IMG/VR virus record: IMGVR_UViG_3300032213_000542
Location: 1,966 to 65,965 of that record
DNA length: 64,000 bases
Reading direction: 5' to 3' (one strand)
DNA from: a virus
Taxonomy: Duplodnaviria; Caudoviricetes
The notes beneath the pieces were generated by a model. The model worked only from the letters and a program-made list of their open reading frames with translations, did not search any database and was not told where the DNA came from. A program made the translations under genes and the position numbers. Below, piece by piece: positions 7,487-17,500 of the stretch. Within the stretch, counting starts at the first letter, position 1. The number at the start of each line of letters is the position of its first letter.

Positions 7487-9829
7487 ATGCCTTTACAAAA
7501 AATTGTCCTCAAGCCCGGTATCAACCGCGAAAATACCCGCTACACCGCTGAGGGCGGTTGGTACGAGTCCGAGAAGATTCGTTTCCGTCAAGGCACGCCT
7601 GAGAAATTAGGCGGCTGGCAGGCTATTTCGTCTTACACCTACGAAGGTGTTTGCCGCTCATTGTGGAATTGGTCGCTGCTTACTGGTACACCTTTGATTG
7701 GCGTGGGTACAAACCTGAAGTTCTACATTGAACAGGGGTTGCGCTATTACGACATTACCCCGATTGCATCCTCTGCCACGCTAAGTGGGCCTTTTGCCGC
7801 TACTACAGGCTCAGCGGTTATCACAGTCACCGATGTCGCGCACGGTGCCGCTACTGGAGATTTTGTAACTATTTCTGGGGCCGTGGGACTCAGCACCCAG
7901 ACCTACACAGTCAACACCGGCACAGAGTATTTAACATTTACAACAGCACTTGCAGCAAACACACCCGTTAACCTGTTTACCACTGGCACTTACCCCGGAG
8001 GTTTGACAAGCAATTTCACGTACTACGTGGTCAATCAGATTGGCGCTACTTGTCAATTAGCCAACGTGCCCGGCGGAACACCTGTCAACATCACCACTGC
8101 TGGCACAGGCACCCAGACGCTTTGCGTGGCCAACGGCATTACCGCTTCGGTGTTAAACCGTACACACCAGATTACCAGACTAACAGCAAACACATACACG
8201 TTTGTTGCCTCAACTACTGCAACGGTTTATGACACAGGGACAGGCGGAACTGCCTACGCTGCTTATGAAATTGGGGTTGGCCCAGCTATTACTTCGCCGC
8301 TCGGCGGTTGGGGTGCTGGTCCGTGGGGCTCGGGCGCTTGGGGGTTAGGCACAACTTCAACGGATGCACTACGTATTTGGAACCAAAACAACTGGGGACA
8401 AAACTTAGTCTACGGCCCGGTCGGTGGCGCTATCTACTACTGGAACGCAGATATTGGTGTTTCCAACAGAACCTTTACGGTGACCATTGCTAGCCCTGCT
8501 GTGGTAACTTGTAGCACAACGTCAGTACCTCTTGTAAACGGCACGGCTATTGTTTTTAACACGACTGGTGCACTTCCAACAGGCTTAACCGTAGGCACGG
8601 TTTATTACGTCGTCAACGCCTCTGGTTCTACGTTTAACGTATCGGCTACCGCGGGCGGCTCTGCTATTACAACGACTGGCACACAGTCCGGCACACATAG
8701 CATCTCCCCAAGGGGCATCCCAATTTCAGCATTAGCTGGCGCTGGGTCAGACTACCCGTTGATTCAGAACTTTATGATGGTCTCCGACGCTAGCCGCTTC
8801 TTGCTGGTGTTTGGCACAAACGATACGCTGTCCACCACATTCGACCCGATGTTGATTCGTTGGAGCGATCAAGAGTCTTTGACCGAGTGGACGCCATCCA
8901 TCACAAACCAAGCTGGTAGTGTGCGCTTGTCTCACGGCTCAGCCATCATCACCGCCTTGCAAGTGCGTCAAGAAATTGTGGTGTGGACTGACACAGCGCT
9001 GTACTCTTTGCAGTACTTGGGCGCTCCATATGTTTGGAGTACTCAACTCTTAGCCGATAACATTTCCGTGATTAGCCCTAAATGTGCCGCGCTGGCATCA
9101 GGCGTTGTGTACTGGATGAGCGTGGATAAGTTCTATCGTTACGACGGTCGAGTCAGTACTTTGCGTTGTGACTTGCGCCAGTACATTTTTGATGACATCA
9201 ACACAGAACAATATTTGCAAGTTTTTGCAGGTACAAACGAGGGTTTCAACGAAGTCTGGTGGTTCTACTGTTCGACAAACTCTACGGTTATTGATAAGTA
9301 CGTGATTTACAACTATGCTGAAGACATCTGGTACTACGGCAGTATGGGCCGCACGGCTTGGTTAGACTCCTCGCTCGATAACTACCCTGTAGCTGCCTCT
9401 TACTACAACAACCTTGTCTACCACGAGTACGGACTCAATGACGCAGCAAGCGGCACAGCGCAGCCTATGAACTGCTCAATCACATCGTCCCAATATGACA
9501 TTGGGGATGGCCACAACTTTGGTTTTGTATGGCGCTTGCTTCCTGATGTGACGTTCCGTGGTTCAACCACCGCCAGCCCGCAAGTAACCATGACGCTGTT
9601 ACCCCTACAAAACTCAGGCTCTGGGTACAATAACCCGCAATCTGTAGGCGGCTCAAGCAATGCTCCAGTCGTAGGCACAGCCATCGTCCCTGTTGACCGG
9701 TTCACAGGGCAAGTCAATATCCGCGTGCGCGGTCGCCAGATGTCTATGAAAATTGAGTCAAACCAGCTCGATATGCAGTGGCAGCTTGGTGCTCCGCGTG
9801 TTGACATCAAACCAGATGGACGTCGTTAA
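7487..9829 (+). CDS. Tail stabilisation / tubular protein (P22 gp10-like) with inserted beta-rich domains
   Basis: 780 aa; 'IRWSDQE', 'EVWWFYCS', terminal 'DIKPDGRR'; two internal 'PxGLT...YYVVN' modules; position before the ejection genes. Confidence 0.7.
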   Translation: MPLQKIVLKPGINRENTRYTAEGGWYESEKIRFRQGTPEKLGGWQAISSYTYEGVCRSLWNWSLLTGTPLIGVGTNLKFYIEQGLRYYDITPIASSATLSGPFAATTGSAVITVTDVAHGAATGDFVTISGAVGLSTQTYTVNTGTEYLTFTTALAANTPVNLFTTGTYPGGLTSNFTYYVVNQIGATCQLANVPGGTPVNITTAGTGTQTLCVANGITASVLNRTHQITRLTANTYTFVASTTATVYDTGTGGTAYAAYEIGVGPAITSPLGGWGAGPWGSGAWGLGTTSTDALRIWNQNNWGQNLVYGPVGGAIYYWNADIGVSNRTFTVTIASPAVVTCSTTSVPLVNGTAIVFNTTGALPTGLTVGTVYYVVNASGSTFNVSATAGGSAITTTGTQSGTHSISPRGIPISALAGAGSDYPLIQNFMMVSDASRFLLVFGTNDTLSTTFDPMLIRWSDQESLTEWTPSITNQAGSVRLSHGSAIITALQVRQEIVVWTDTALYSLQYLGAPYVWSTQLLADNISVISPKCAALASGVVYWMSVDKFYRYDGRVSTLRCDLRQYIFDDINTEQYLQVFAGTNEGFNEVWWFYCSTNSTVIDKYVIYNYAEDIWYYGSMGRTAWLDSSLDNYPVAASYYNNLVYHEYGLNDAASGTAQPMNCSITSSQYDIGDGHNFGFVWRLLPDVTFRGSTTASPQVTMTLLPLQNSGSGYNNPQSVGGSSNAPVVGTAIVPVDRFTGQVNIRVRGRQMSMKIESNQLDMQWQLGAPRVDIKPDGRR

Positions 9830-10092
9830 TGTCTCAGTTGAATGCAACCCCACCAAACCTGCCCTTGGCTCCGGGGCAGTATGCGCCGCAATATCAAGAA
9901 CAGCTCAACAACGTCTTGCGTTTGTTTTTTAACCAACTGACAAACCCCGGGCCGGTGGGCGCTACTTCCCTGAACTTTGATATTACGCGTTTGCCCAATG
10001 ACACCGATTTTGCCAACCTTCGATCAGGCGATGTCTACTACGACACTTCAGGTGGCGTAGCCACTAGCTACCCGCTTCGTATCAAGGCATAA
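9829..10092 (+). CDS. Hypothetical virion protein
   Basis: 87 aa, TAATG-coupled; 'PNLPLAP..Y...YQEQLNNVLRLFFNQL'. Confidence 0.65.
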   Translation: MSQLNATPPNLPLAPGQYAPQYQEQLNNVLRLFFNQLTNPGPVGATSLNFDITRLPNDTDFANLRSGDVYYDTSGGVATSYPLRIKA

Positions 10093-10122
10093 TATGTTCA
10101 ACCCCCATTTTACGAGGCACCC

Positions 10123-11220
10123 ATGAGCCTACATGACGCTGCACAACACCTAGCCGCCCAAGGTCGTGGGCCAGATAACACACTTGTCCACATGTCGAAA
10201 GACGAAGTGGCGGGGCTTCAAGCTATCGCCATGATGAAGGGCGGTTCGCTAACCATCAACCCCGAGACAGGTATGGCCGAAGCAGGGTTCTTGGATGACA
10301 TAATGCCAACGCTTGTTGGTGCAGCCGGTATGTATTTTGGTATCGACCCAATGACCACTGCGGCCATCATGGGCGGTGGTACAGCGCTGCAAACGGGCGA
10401 CTTAAGCAAAGGTCTAATGGCCGGTCTTGGCGCGTATGGCGGCGGTAGTTTGATGGGCGGCACGATGGAAGCCGGTGCCGGTGCTTTAGGTGCGGATGTG
10501 GCTCCTTTCGCAAGTAACGCAGACAAGCTGTCTGCTGGTTTTGGCGCGGTGACTAGCCCCGGTGGTTTAAGCACACTGCAAGCAGGTATGCCAATTGGCG
10601 GAACATCCGCGTTAAAAGCAGCAGGCATGGCCGCAGCGCCAGCAATTATGGGCGCACTTCAACCCCAAGCGGGTTCTTCAGCGCCCGGCACACCCCAGAT
10701 GATCCGTCCCTACACGTTTGCCGCCAACAAGCAAACGCCAGAAAATATGGTGGGCTCAGAGTACCAGCCCGGCCAAGACACAAGCGAGCGCCAGTGGTTC
10801 CAGCCTTCGTACACAGCGTTGCAACCTTATCGAGCCGCGCAGGGCGGTTTGGCCGATCTGACAAGAATTGTTACCGGCGAGGACGTAATGCCGTCCGAAC
10901 GCCAAGAAGAAAAAATGGCTGCTGGCGGGGGCGTTTCTTCATTGGGCGGCTACGCTGCTGGCGGCAACCCTCGTTTGCTCAAGGGCCCCGGTGACGGTAT
11001 GTCTGACAACATCCCCGCAATGATTGGCGCTAAGCAACCCGCACGTCTTGCCGACGGCGAGTTTGTGGTTCCTGCCGATGTAGTGTCGCATCTAGGCAAT
11101 GGTTCGACTGACGCTGGTGCCAAGCAGTTGTACAAGATGATGGACAGAATCCGTCAGAAACGCACAGGCAAAAAGAAGCAAGCGCCGCAAGTCAACCCAG
11201 CACGGGCTATGCCTGCATGA
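10123..11220 (+). CDS. Putative internal virion/ejection protein
   Basis: 365 aa, Gly/Ala-rich; C-terminal 'GPGDGMSDNIPA...LADGEFVVPA' resembles the motif found at tape-measure C-termini. Confidence 0.6.
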   Translation: MSLHDAAQHLAAQGRGPDNTLVHMSKDEVAGLQAIAMMKGGSLTINPETGMAEAGFLDDIMPTLVGAAGMYFGIDPMTTAAIMGGGTALQTGDLSKGLMAGLGAYGGGSLMGGTMEAGAGALGADVAPFASNADKLSAGFGAVTSPGGLSTLQAGMPIGGTSALKAAGMAAAPAIMGALQPQAGSSAPGTPQMIRPYTFAANKQTPENMVGSEYQPGQDTSERQWFQPSYTALQPYRAAQGGLADLTRIVTGEDVMPSERQEEKMAAGGGVSSLGGYAAGGNPRLLKGPGDGMSDNIPAMIGAKQPARLADGEFVVPADVVSHLGNGSTDAGAKQLYKMMDRIRQKRTGKKKQAPQVNPARAMPA

Positions 11221-11618
11221 ACGTTCAACGCGTCCCGATCAACCTAGTGCCGCAGGTGTTGCCTGTGGTGCGTCCGCACATCGAGCGCGGGTTGGAGTTC
11301 ACGGATAGTTGCAATGTTGACCATGCTTGCGCGTATCTTGTGACAGGGGCATGGACGTTATTGGTGGCGGTAGTGGACGACGCAATTCAAGGCGCGTACG
11401 TGTTGTCATTTAGCAACACGCCGACTGAGCGCACAGCGCTTATCGTGTCTGCTGCCGGTGCTGGCTTGGCCAGCCAAGATGCGTTTGATCAGGTCAAGAC
11501 CATAGCGCGGGAGCAAGGCGCTACACAGATTCAAGTACTTGCGCGAGAATCCGCGGCAAGGTTGTACAAACGGGTTGGGCTTACCGAAAAGGCCACTTTG
11601 ATGGAGATTAAATTATGA
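11217..11618 (+). CDS. Putative GNAT-fold protein
   Basis: 133 aa; 'AREQGATQIQVLARESAARLYKRVG' resembles a GNAT C-terminal half; synteny with podovirus internal proteins. Confidence 0.5.
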   Translation: MNVQRVPINLVPQVLPVVRPHIERGLEFTDSCNVDHACAYLVTGAWTLLVAVVDDAIQGAYVLSFSNTPTERTALIVSAAGAGLASQDAFDQVKTIAREQGATQIQVLARESAARLYKRVGLTEKATLMEIKL

Positions 11619-12427
11619 GCGGACTATTCGGCGGTGGTGGAGGTGGTAGCCAAGCCCCAGCAAACCAAACAGTTAAACAAGAAAACGCAGTCTCGTCATT
11701 TGCCGCTCCGTATGTGGAGAACATGCTTGGCCAAGCCCAAGCACTGACTGCACAACCGTACCAGAACTATGGTGGTCAACGCACCGCTGACTTTACTGGT
11801 TTGCAAAATCAAGCGTTCAACATGGCCGCAGGGCCACAAGGCTTTTCGCAAAACATCGGCGGCTACATGTCGCCGTACATGCAGAACGTGGTGGACATCC
11901 AGAAGCGCGAAGCTGCGCGGCAGTCCGGTATCGCAGGTCTTGGCCAGCAAGCACAGGCAGTGCAGGCAGGTGGCTTTGGTGGTTCCCGTGATGCCATCAT
12001 GCGTGCTGAGCGCGAGCGAAACCTGAATACCCAGATGAACGATATCCAAGCGCAGGGCTTGCAGTCCGCGTTTGCCAACGCCCAGAACCAGTTCAACACC
12101 AACCTTGGCCAGATGGCGCAGTTCGGTGGCCAGCAACAGCAGCAACAACAAAACATCTTGAACCAACAGTATCAAGATTTTCTAACGCAAAAGCAAAACC
12201 CATACAACCAATTGAGCTTTATGCAAAGCATGTTGTCCGGCGTGCCGTTAGCGTCATCGACACAGAACGTGTACTCCAACCCATCAATGCTGAACCAAGT
12301 GGCTGGTCTGGGTTTGACAGGCGCAGCGATGAGCCGTGCCGGCATGTTTGCCAAAGGCGGCAAGATTAAAGAAGACACTGGTCGCCCTGCTGGGCTGGCT
12401 GAGCTGGCTATCCATAAAATGGCGTAA
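11615..12427 (+). CDS. Putative DNA ejection (pilot) protein
   Basis: 270 aa Gln/Gly/Ala-rich; 'AGGFGGSR' motif. Confidence 0.6.
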   Translation: MSGLFGGGGGGSQAPANQTVKQENAVSSFAAPYVENMLGQAQALTAQPYQNYGGQRTADFTGLQNQAFNMAAGPQGFSQNIGGYMSPYMQNVVDIQKREAARQSGIAGLGQQAQAVQAGGFGGSRDAIMRAERERNLNTQMNDIQAQGLQSAFANAQNQFNTNLGQMAQFGGQQQQQQQNILNQQYQDFLTQKQNPYNQLSFMQSMLSGVPLASSTQNVYSNPSMLNQVAGLGLTGAAMSRAGMFAKGGKIKEDTGRPAGLAELAIHKMA

Positions 12428-12436
12428 GGGAAAACC

Positions 12437-14482
12437 ATGATTAACGTCAATCAAATCACGTCGCAACTGGCCAAGATGCCCGACCCTGCGTTGCAGCAGT
12501 ACGCTGCCATGCACAAGAATGACCCATACACCGTGGCGTTGGCATTGGCTGAGTCCAATCGCCGTAAACAAATGCGCACGGGCGCTCAGATGGACCCCGG
12601 CCAACAGCCCAAAGTGGTTGACCAAGAGATTGCTAGTATCGTTGCGCCCCAACAGCAGATGCTCCCTGAAGACACGGGCATTGCCCAACTCCCTGCTCAG
12701 AACATCCAAGGTATGGCCGGCGGCGGCATCGTTGCGTTTGATGAGGGTGGCGAAGTCCCTCGTTTCCAAAACCGAGGCCAAGTTGAAGACCCATTTAAAA
12801 ACGTTTCACGCGACCTCAAAGAAATGGTTTTGGCCGCTGCGGCTAAGTACGACATTGACCCCGACATTGCTATGCGTTTGGTGCAGCAGGAATCAAAGTT
12901 TGACCCTACTGTAACGTCGAAAAAAGGCGCAGTAGGCTTGACGCAACTGATGCCAGACGCATCCAAAGAAATGGGCCTTGACCCAGACGAGCGTACTAAT
13001 CCAGCCAAAAACGTAGACGCTGGGTTTGGTTATTTACGCAAACAGTTGAACAAGTATGGTAACGACTACTCCAAAGCGTTGTCTGCGTACAACTGGGGCG
13101 GCGGCAATGTGGACAAGCACTTGGAAAAGAATGAGGGCAAGATTAGCCCTGTTGGTTTGCCTAAAGAAACTGCAAACTATCTGACAAAGATTCTGCCAAT
13201 GGGCGCGGCAGAAGCTGCAACCAAACAAGAAGCGCCAAAAGACACTACTAAAGCCGCGCCGACTCAAGACAGAGCTTGGTATGACCGTTACCGCGACCTG
13301 ATGACAAGCGGTCAAGGCCAACGCGCTATGTTGCAAGGTGTGCAAGATGTGCCAGCCGCGTTGCTTGGCGCTCCGGTAGACATAGCAACAGCGGCTATGC
13401 GTCCGTTTGGTTACAAAAACGAAGCGCCCATAATGGGTAGCAAGTTTTTAAAAGAAAAATTGACAAACATGGGGTTGCGTGAAGCGGACTCAGCGAACCC
13501 AGACTTGCAGACTATTCGTTCTGGCACAGAAGGTATCGCATCCCTATACAGCCCTGTAAAAACAGGCGTAACCCAGCCACGCTCCGCGATTGCTGGCGAT
13601 GCCGCACGCCAAGAAGCTATTGCCGCCGAAGCTCGCGCTGCGGTAGCAAACCCCCGTTTGGCAGGCCCGACAACGTCAACAACTATGGCGCAAAAGCCCG
13701 GCTACGCCCCTGTGGTTAACAGCCCTGCTAAGGCCTTGGAAGTTGCCGACAAAGAACGCGCTATTGCAGAAACAGAACGTGCCGCGCTCCTAGCTAAAGA
13801 AGCTGTTGCTGCAAAAGCACCTTCGTTGTACAGCCCCGGCGTTAATCGTGTTGGTGCAATGGGCACAGCCTCAGCAGCCGCCCCCGGCGTTGCTAGTTTG
13901 CTAAGCAGCGACCAAGCAGCACCCCTTACTATGGGCGACGATACGTTCAACCCAGATGTAACACGGGTGCCTACTCCCGATGGGTTGGATAAAAAGACCC
14001 TCCCAGAATCCGCAGCAGCCGCCAAAGGTGGTATTGGTGACTTGTTCAAGGACCCAATGCTTCAAATGGGCCTGCAACTGATGGCGTCTCAAAACCCAAG
14101 GTTCCTCAGTGGCGTTGGCGAAGCAGGTATTGCCACAGCAGGTATGCAAGCCGCGCAGCGCAAAGACGAAGCCGAGCAAGCCTACAAGGCAGCATTGGCC
14201 AAAAACTACGGTGTCGATCCTTTGCTCCAGCGTTTGAACGCCTTGCAAGACCCAAAGACAGCCGCTGCGTACGCCAAGATGAAAGAAATGGATCGCGAAC
14301 CAGTCACAAAAGCTGCGCTGTTCAAAGAGTTCTTGGCATCTCCTGCCGGTATGGCCGTGTCTATGAAACCAGATGAAATTGGACCAGCGTTCTCAAACTA
14401 TGTAAAATCCTACGAAAGCGTGATGGGACCACTGGGTGGAACCGGAGCGGGATTTAAAGTGTTGGGTAGCAGACCCGGCTAA
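12437..14482 (+). CDS. Internal virion protein with lytic transglycosylase (SLT) domain
   Basis: 'QQESKFDP..TSKKGAVGLTQLMP', 'ALSAYNWGGGNV', 'ETANY' SLT motifs. Confidence 0.85.
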   Translation: MINVNQITSQLAKMPDPALQQYAAMHKNDPYTVALALAESNRRKQMRTGAQMDPGQQPKVVDQEIASIVAPQQQMLPEDTGIAQLPAQNIQGMAGGGIVAFDEGGEVPRFQNRGQVEDPFKNVSRDLKEMVLAAAAKYDIDPDIAMRLVQQESKFDPTVTSKKGAVGLTQLMPDASKEMGLDPDERTNPAKNVDAGFGYLRKQLNKYGNDYSKALSAYNWGGGNVDKHLEKNEGKISPVGLPKETANYLTKILPMGAAEAATKQEAPKDTTKAAPTQDRAWYDRYRDLMTSGQGQRAMLQGVQDVPAALLGAPVDIATAAMRPFGYKNEAPIMGSKFLKEKLTNMGLREADSANPDLQTIRSGTEGIASLYSPVKTGVTQPRSAIAGDAARQEAIAAEARAAVANPRLAGPTTSTTMAQKPGYAPVVNSPAKALEVADKERAIAETERAALLAKEAVAAKAPSLYSPGVNRVGAMGTASAAAPGVASLLSSDQAAPLTMGDDTFNPDVTRVPTPDGLDKKTLPESAAAAKGGIGDLFKDPMLQMGLQLMASQNPRFLSGVGEAGIATAGMQAAQRKDEAEQAYKAALAKNYGVDPLLQRLNALQDPKTAAAYAKMKEMDREPVTKAALFKEFLASPAGMAVSMKPDEIGPAFSNYVKSYESVMGPLGGTGAGFKVLGSRPG

Positions 14483-14502
14483 CATAATTTGGAAACACAG
14501 CA

Positions 14503-17500
14503 ATGGCAATCTACAGCGTACAAGGCCCTGACGGACGTATTTACGATGTGGAGGGTCCCGAAGGCGCAGCCGAAGCTGATGTCATTGCTGCTGTTCAACG
14601 CCAGCTAGCGGTTGTTGAAAAACCGAAACCAAAAACTGAAGAGCCTACCTTTGGCGGGCAAGTAAAAGAGTTTGCCAAAGGCATCATCCCCGGCGCTATC
14701 GGCATGGGCCAAACGGCCCTGACTGGTATCTCGGCACTCCTCCCAGAAGAAACAGAGAAAAGCGCTCGGCAGTACATTGACCGTGGCGCTGCTGCGCTCA
14801 AGGCTCCGTTTGCTGCTGCCCCCGGCTACGAAGAAACTGTTGGCCGCAAGTTTGGTGAATCTGTCGGTTCCATCGGGCCGTTAATTGCTATGGGCCCGTT
14901 GGGTGCCGCAGGCCGTGTTGGTATGACCGCACTTGCGGGTGGAGCCGGTGCTGGCGAGGCACGTCTTGGAGCCGAACAAGAAGGAGCTACTGCTGAACAG
15001 CGTGCAACCGCAACAGGCTTGGGCATCATCCCCGGTTTGGCCGAAGTGTTTGCGCCGATGCGAATCCTTAGCCGGTTGTCCGCGCCAATCCAAGCAGGCA
15101 TCACGAACAGAATTCAACGTGCTTTGGTCGCCGGTGGCGAAGAAGCTGCACAAGAAGCCGCGTCACAGATTGCCCAGAACCTGATTGCCAAGGGCGTCTA
15201 CAAACCAGATAAAGCCATCATTGATCAAGTTGGTGAGTCCGCCGCGTACGGCGGTGCTACGGGTGCTTTGGTGCAGGGCATTTTGGACATGGCCATCGGT
15301 CGCCGTGCTAAGTCAACTACGCAACCCCAAGGCCGACCTGCCGAACAAAAACTCCAGACTCCAGTACCGGCACCAGAAACGGCTCCGATCGCTGAACCTA
15401 CTGTTCGTGGTGAAGAGCCTGCGCTGGAAACGCCTGAAGAAATTGCTGCTGGCCCAACCAAAGCCGCACAACGCAAAGCACTGGCAGAACAAAACGCATA
15501 TCTCAAACAGTACGAGAAGCTGCAAAAACAGCGTGAAGAACAAGCCGCAGAGTACGAGCGCATCAAAGCACTGACCCCTGAAGAATACGCGCTGGAGCAA
15601 ATGCAGGGCCGCGGCAAAACGGTTAAGAACAAATATGATCCCGCCGTCCAAGAGGCGCTCAACGCGCAGCTTGCCGAACTTGGCTACCAGAACGCACCAG
15701 CAGAAACAGTTAAGCCTGAAGTAGAGTACGCTGCCGCGCAAATGGCGCTGGTCAAAGACCGTGAGCTTCAGCCTAACCTGAATACATACGCTGATTACTT
15801 GTTGGCTGACCCACAGGCAGCAGCAAAGCTGGTGGCAAATAAGACACTGATCCCCGGTTTGCCTGAATCTCAGAGCTACGCGGTGTTGAACATTATGAGC
15901 AAGCGCTTGCAAAAGGCAGCGCAGGATGAAGCCGCCCAGACACAGCAACGCCAGACTGCCGCACAAGATCGTGCCCGTGGTTTGTTTGAGCAGCAAGGTC
16001 AAGACCAGACTTCTGACCTGTTGGCAGGTGCCCGTGAGCAAGTGGGCAACGCTGTTGTTCGTCCTGAGATTCAAGCGTTGCAGCGCATTGGCGCTCGTCC
16101 AAATCCTTTGCTGACTACCAACCGCGACATCGAGGCTAAGCGTGCCGAAGAAGAATTGATCGGTAAGTTAGTTGACACTCTCCCCCAAACTAACGGTCGT
16201 ATTACGCCCGGCGATGTATACCTCGGCCTTGGTACAAAGAAGCAAGACATGCGGGACTTGCAGGCGCAATTGGCTGTCGCTCGTTTGACCGGCAACAAAA
16301 CTCTGCAAGCAGAAATAAAGCGCCAGCTTGATGCGCAGCGTGCTATTCCCACTGAAGGCGGCTTGGGCACCGAAGCCGGCAAGTACGCTGCTGAATTTAT
16401 TAGCCGTAGCAAAGTTCCTGCACTGCGCGAAGGCGAAGCCGAAGGCGACAAGTTTGCTGCTGAACAGCGCAGCACGTTGTTGGGCATGGCCCGTCTGCTG
16501 AACTCTACGCAAATTATGTTGCCGGGTAAACGCGCAGCGTTGCTAAGCGAGGCCAAAGAAAAGTACGTGGCGCAGCACGCCGCAGAAATTGAAGCACGCC
16601 GAAAAGCGTTTGACTTGCCGCCTATGGCAGATTGGGAGCGAGCAGAAGCCCGTGCCCGTGCGCTTGAAGGACTGAACACGCTGACCAACAACTGGGGCAC
16701 GTTTGAAGACCCTGTGATCAGCGTCAAAGCCTTACAAAACATTACACGCGAGTCCGTGTACCAGAACTTGTACAAGGCAACCCAACGCCGCGCTGATACG
16801 GAGAAGCAAGACTTAGCCGAAAAAACAGGCACACCAGCGCAAAAGTATTTCTATGAAGATGCAGAAGGCAACCGCATCGAAGGCAAAGAGATGGAAGTCC
16901 CTCGTCAAACTGGTGCGCGTGTTGCCGCGCCTGACGAACTGTCTTTAAAGAACCGCCCCAACATTGCCGCGACAGATGCCGATGCTGCTCAGCAGTTTAT
17001 TGAGCAGGTGCTTAGCCAGATTGAAACCAAAGGCCGTAGCCGCGTTGAGCCAACCATTGAGAAAGCGCCTCCTAAGCAAGTCAGTGACATGGCATCGTTG
17101 GCACAGTTGTTCAAGAAAGCCGAGACCGGTGGTCGTACTGCTGAAATTGACGCGGCTACGATTGCTTTGTTGGAAAACTTGCGCGGTCAGTTGCGTACCA
17201 ACACCGATCCTGAGTTTGTAAGTCTTGCACGCGAGACCGCCCAGAAGGTTGCAGAAGGCAACCTGCCCAACGCATTTGATGTGCGTGATCTTGGCGAAAT
17301 GATGAAGGCCCACGAAATTGCTGGCCGAAGCGAGACCCGTCCCGGTGCTACCCCAGAGGAGCTGCAACGCACCAGCGCTCAGCCCCAGAAAGACTTGTTC
17401 CCTGAAGCTGCGGTGCAGATTCAACGTGCAAACCCTGCCAACTTCCAAAAGATGTTGGACTCCAAGAACATCCAAGGTATGCGCGATGCGCTGGCTAAGC

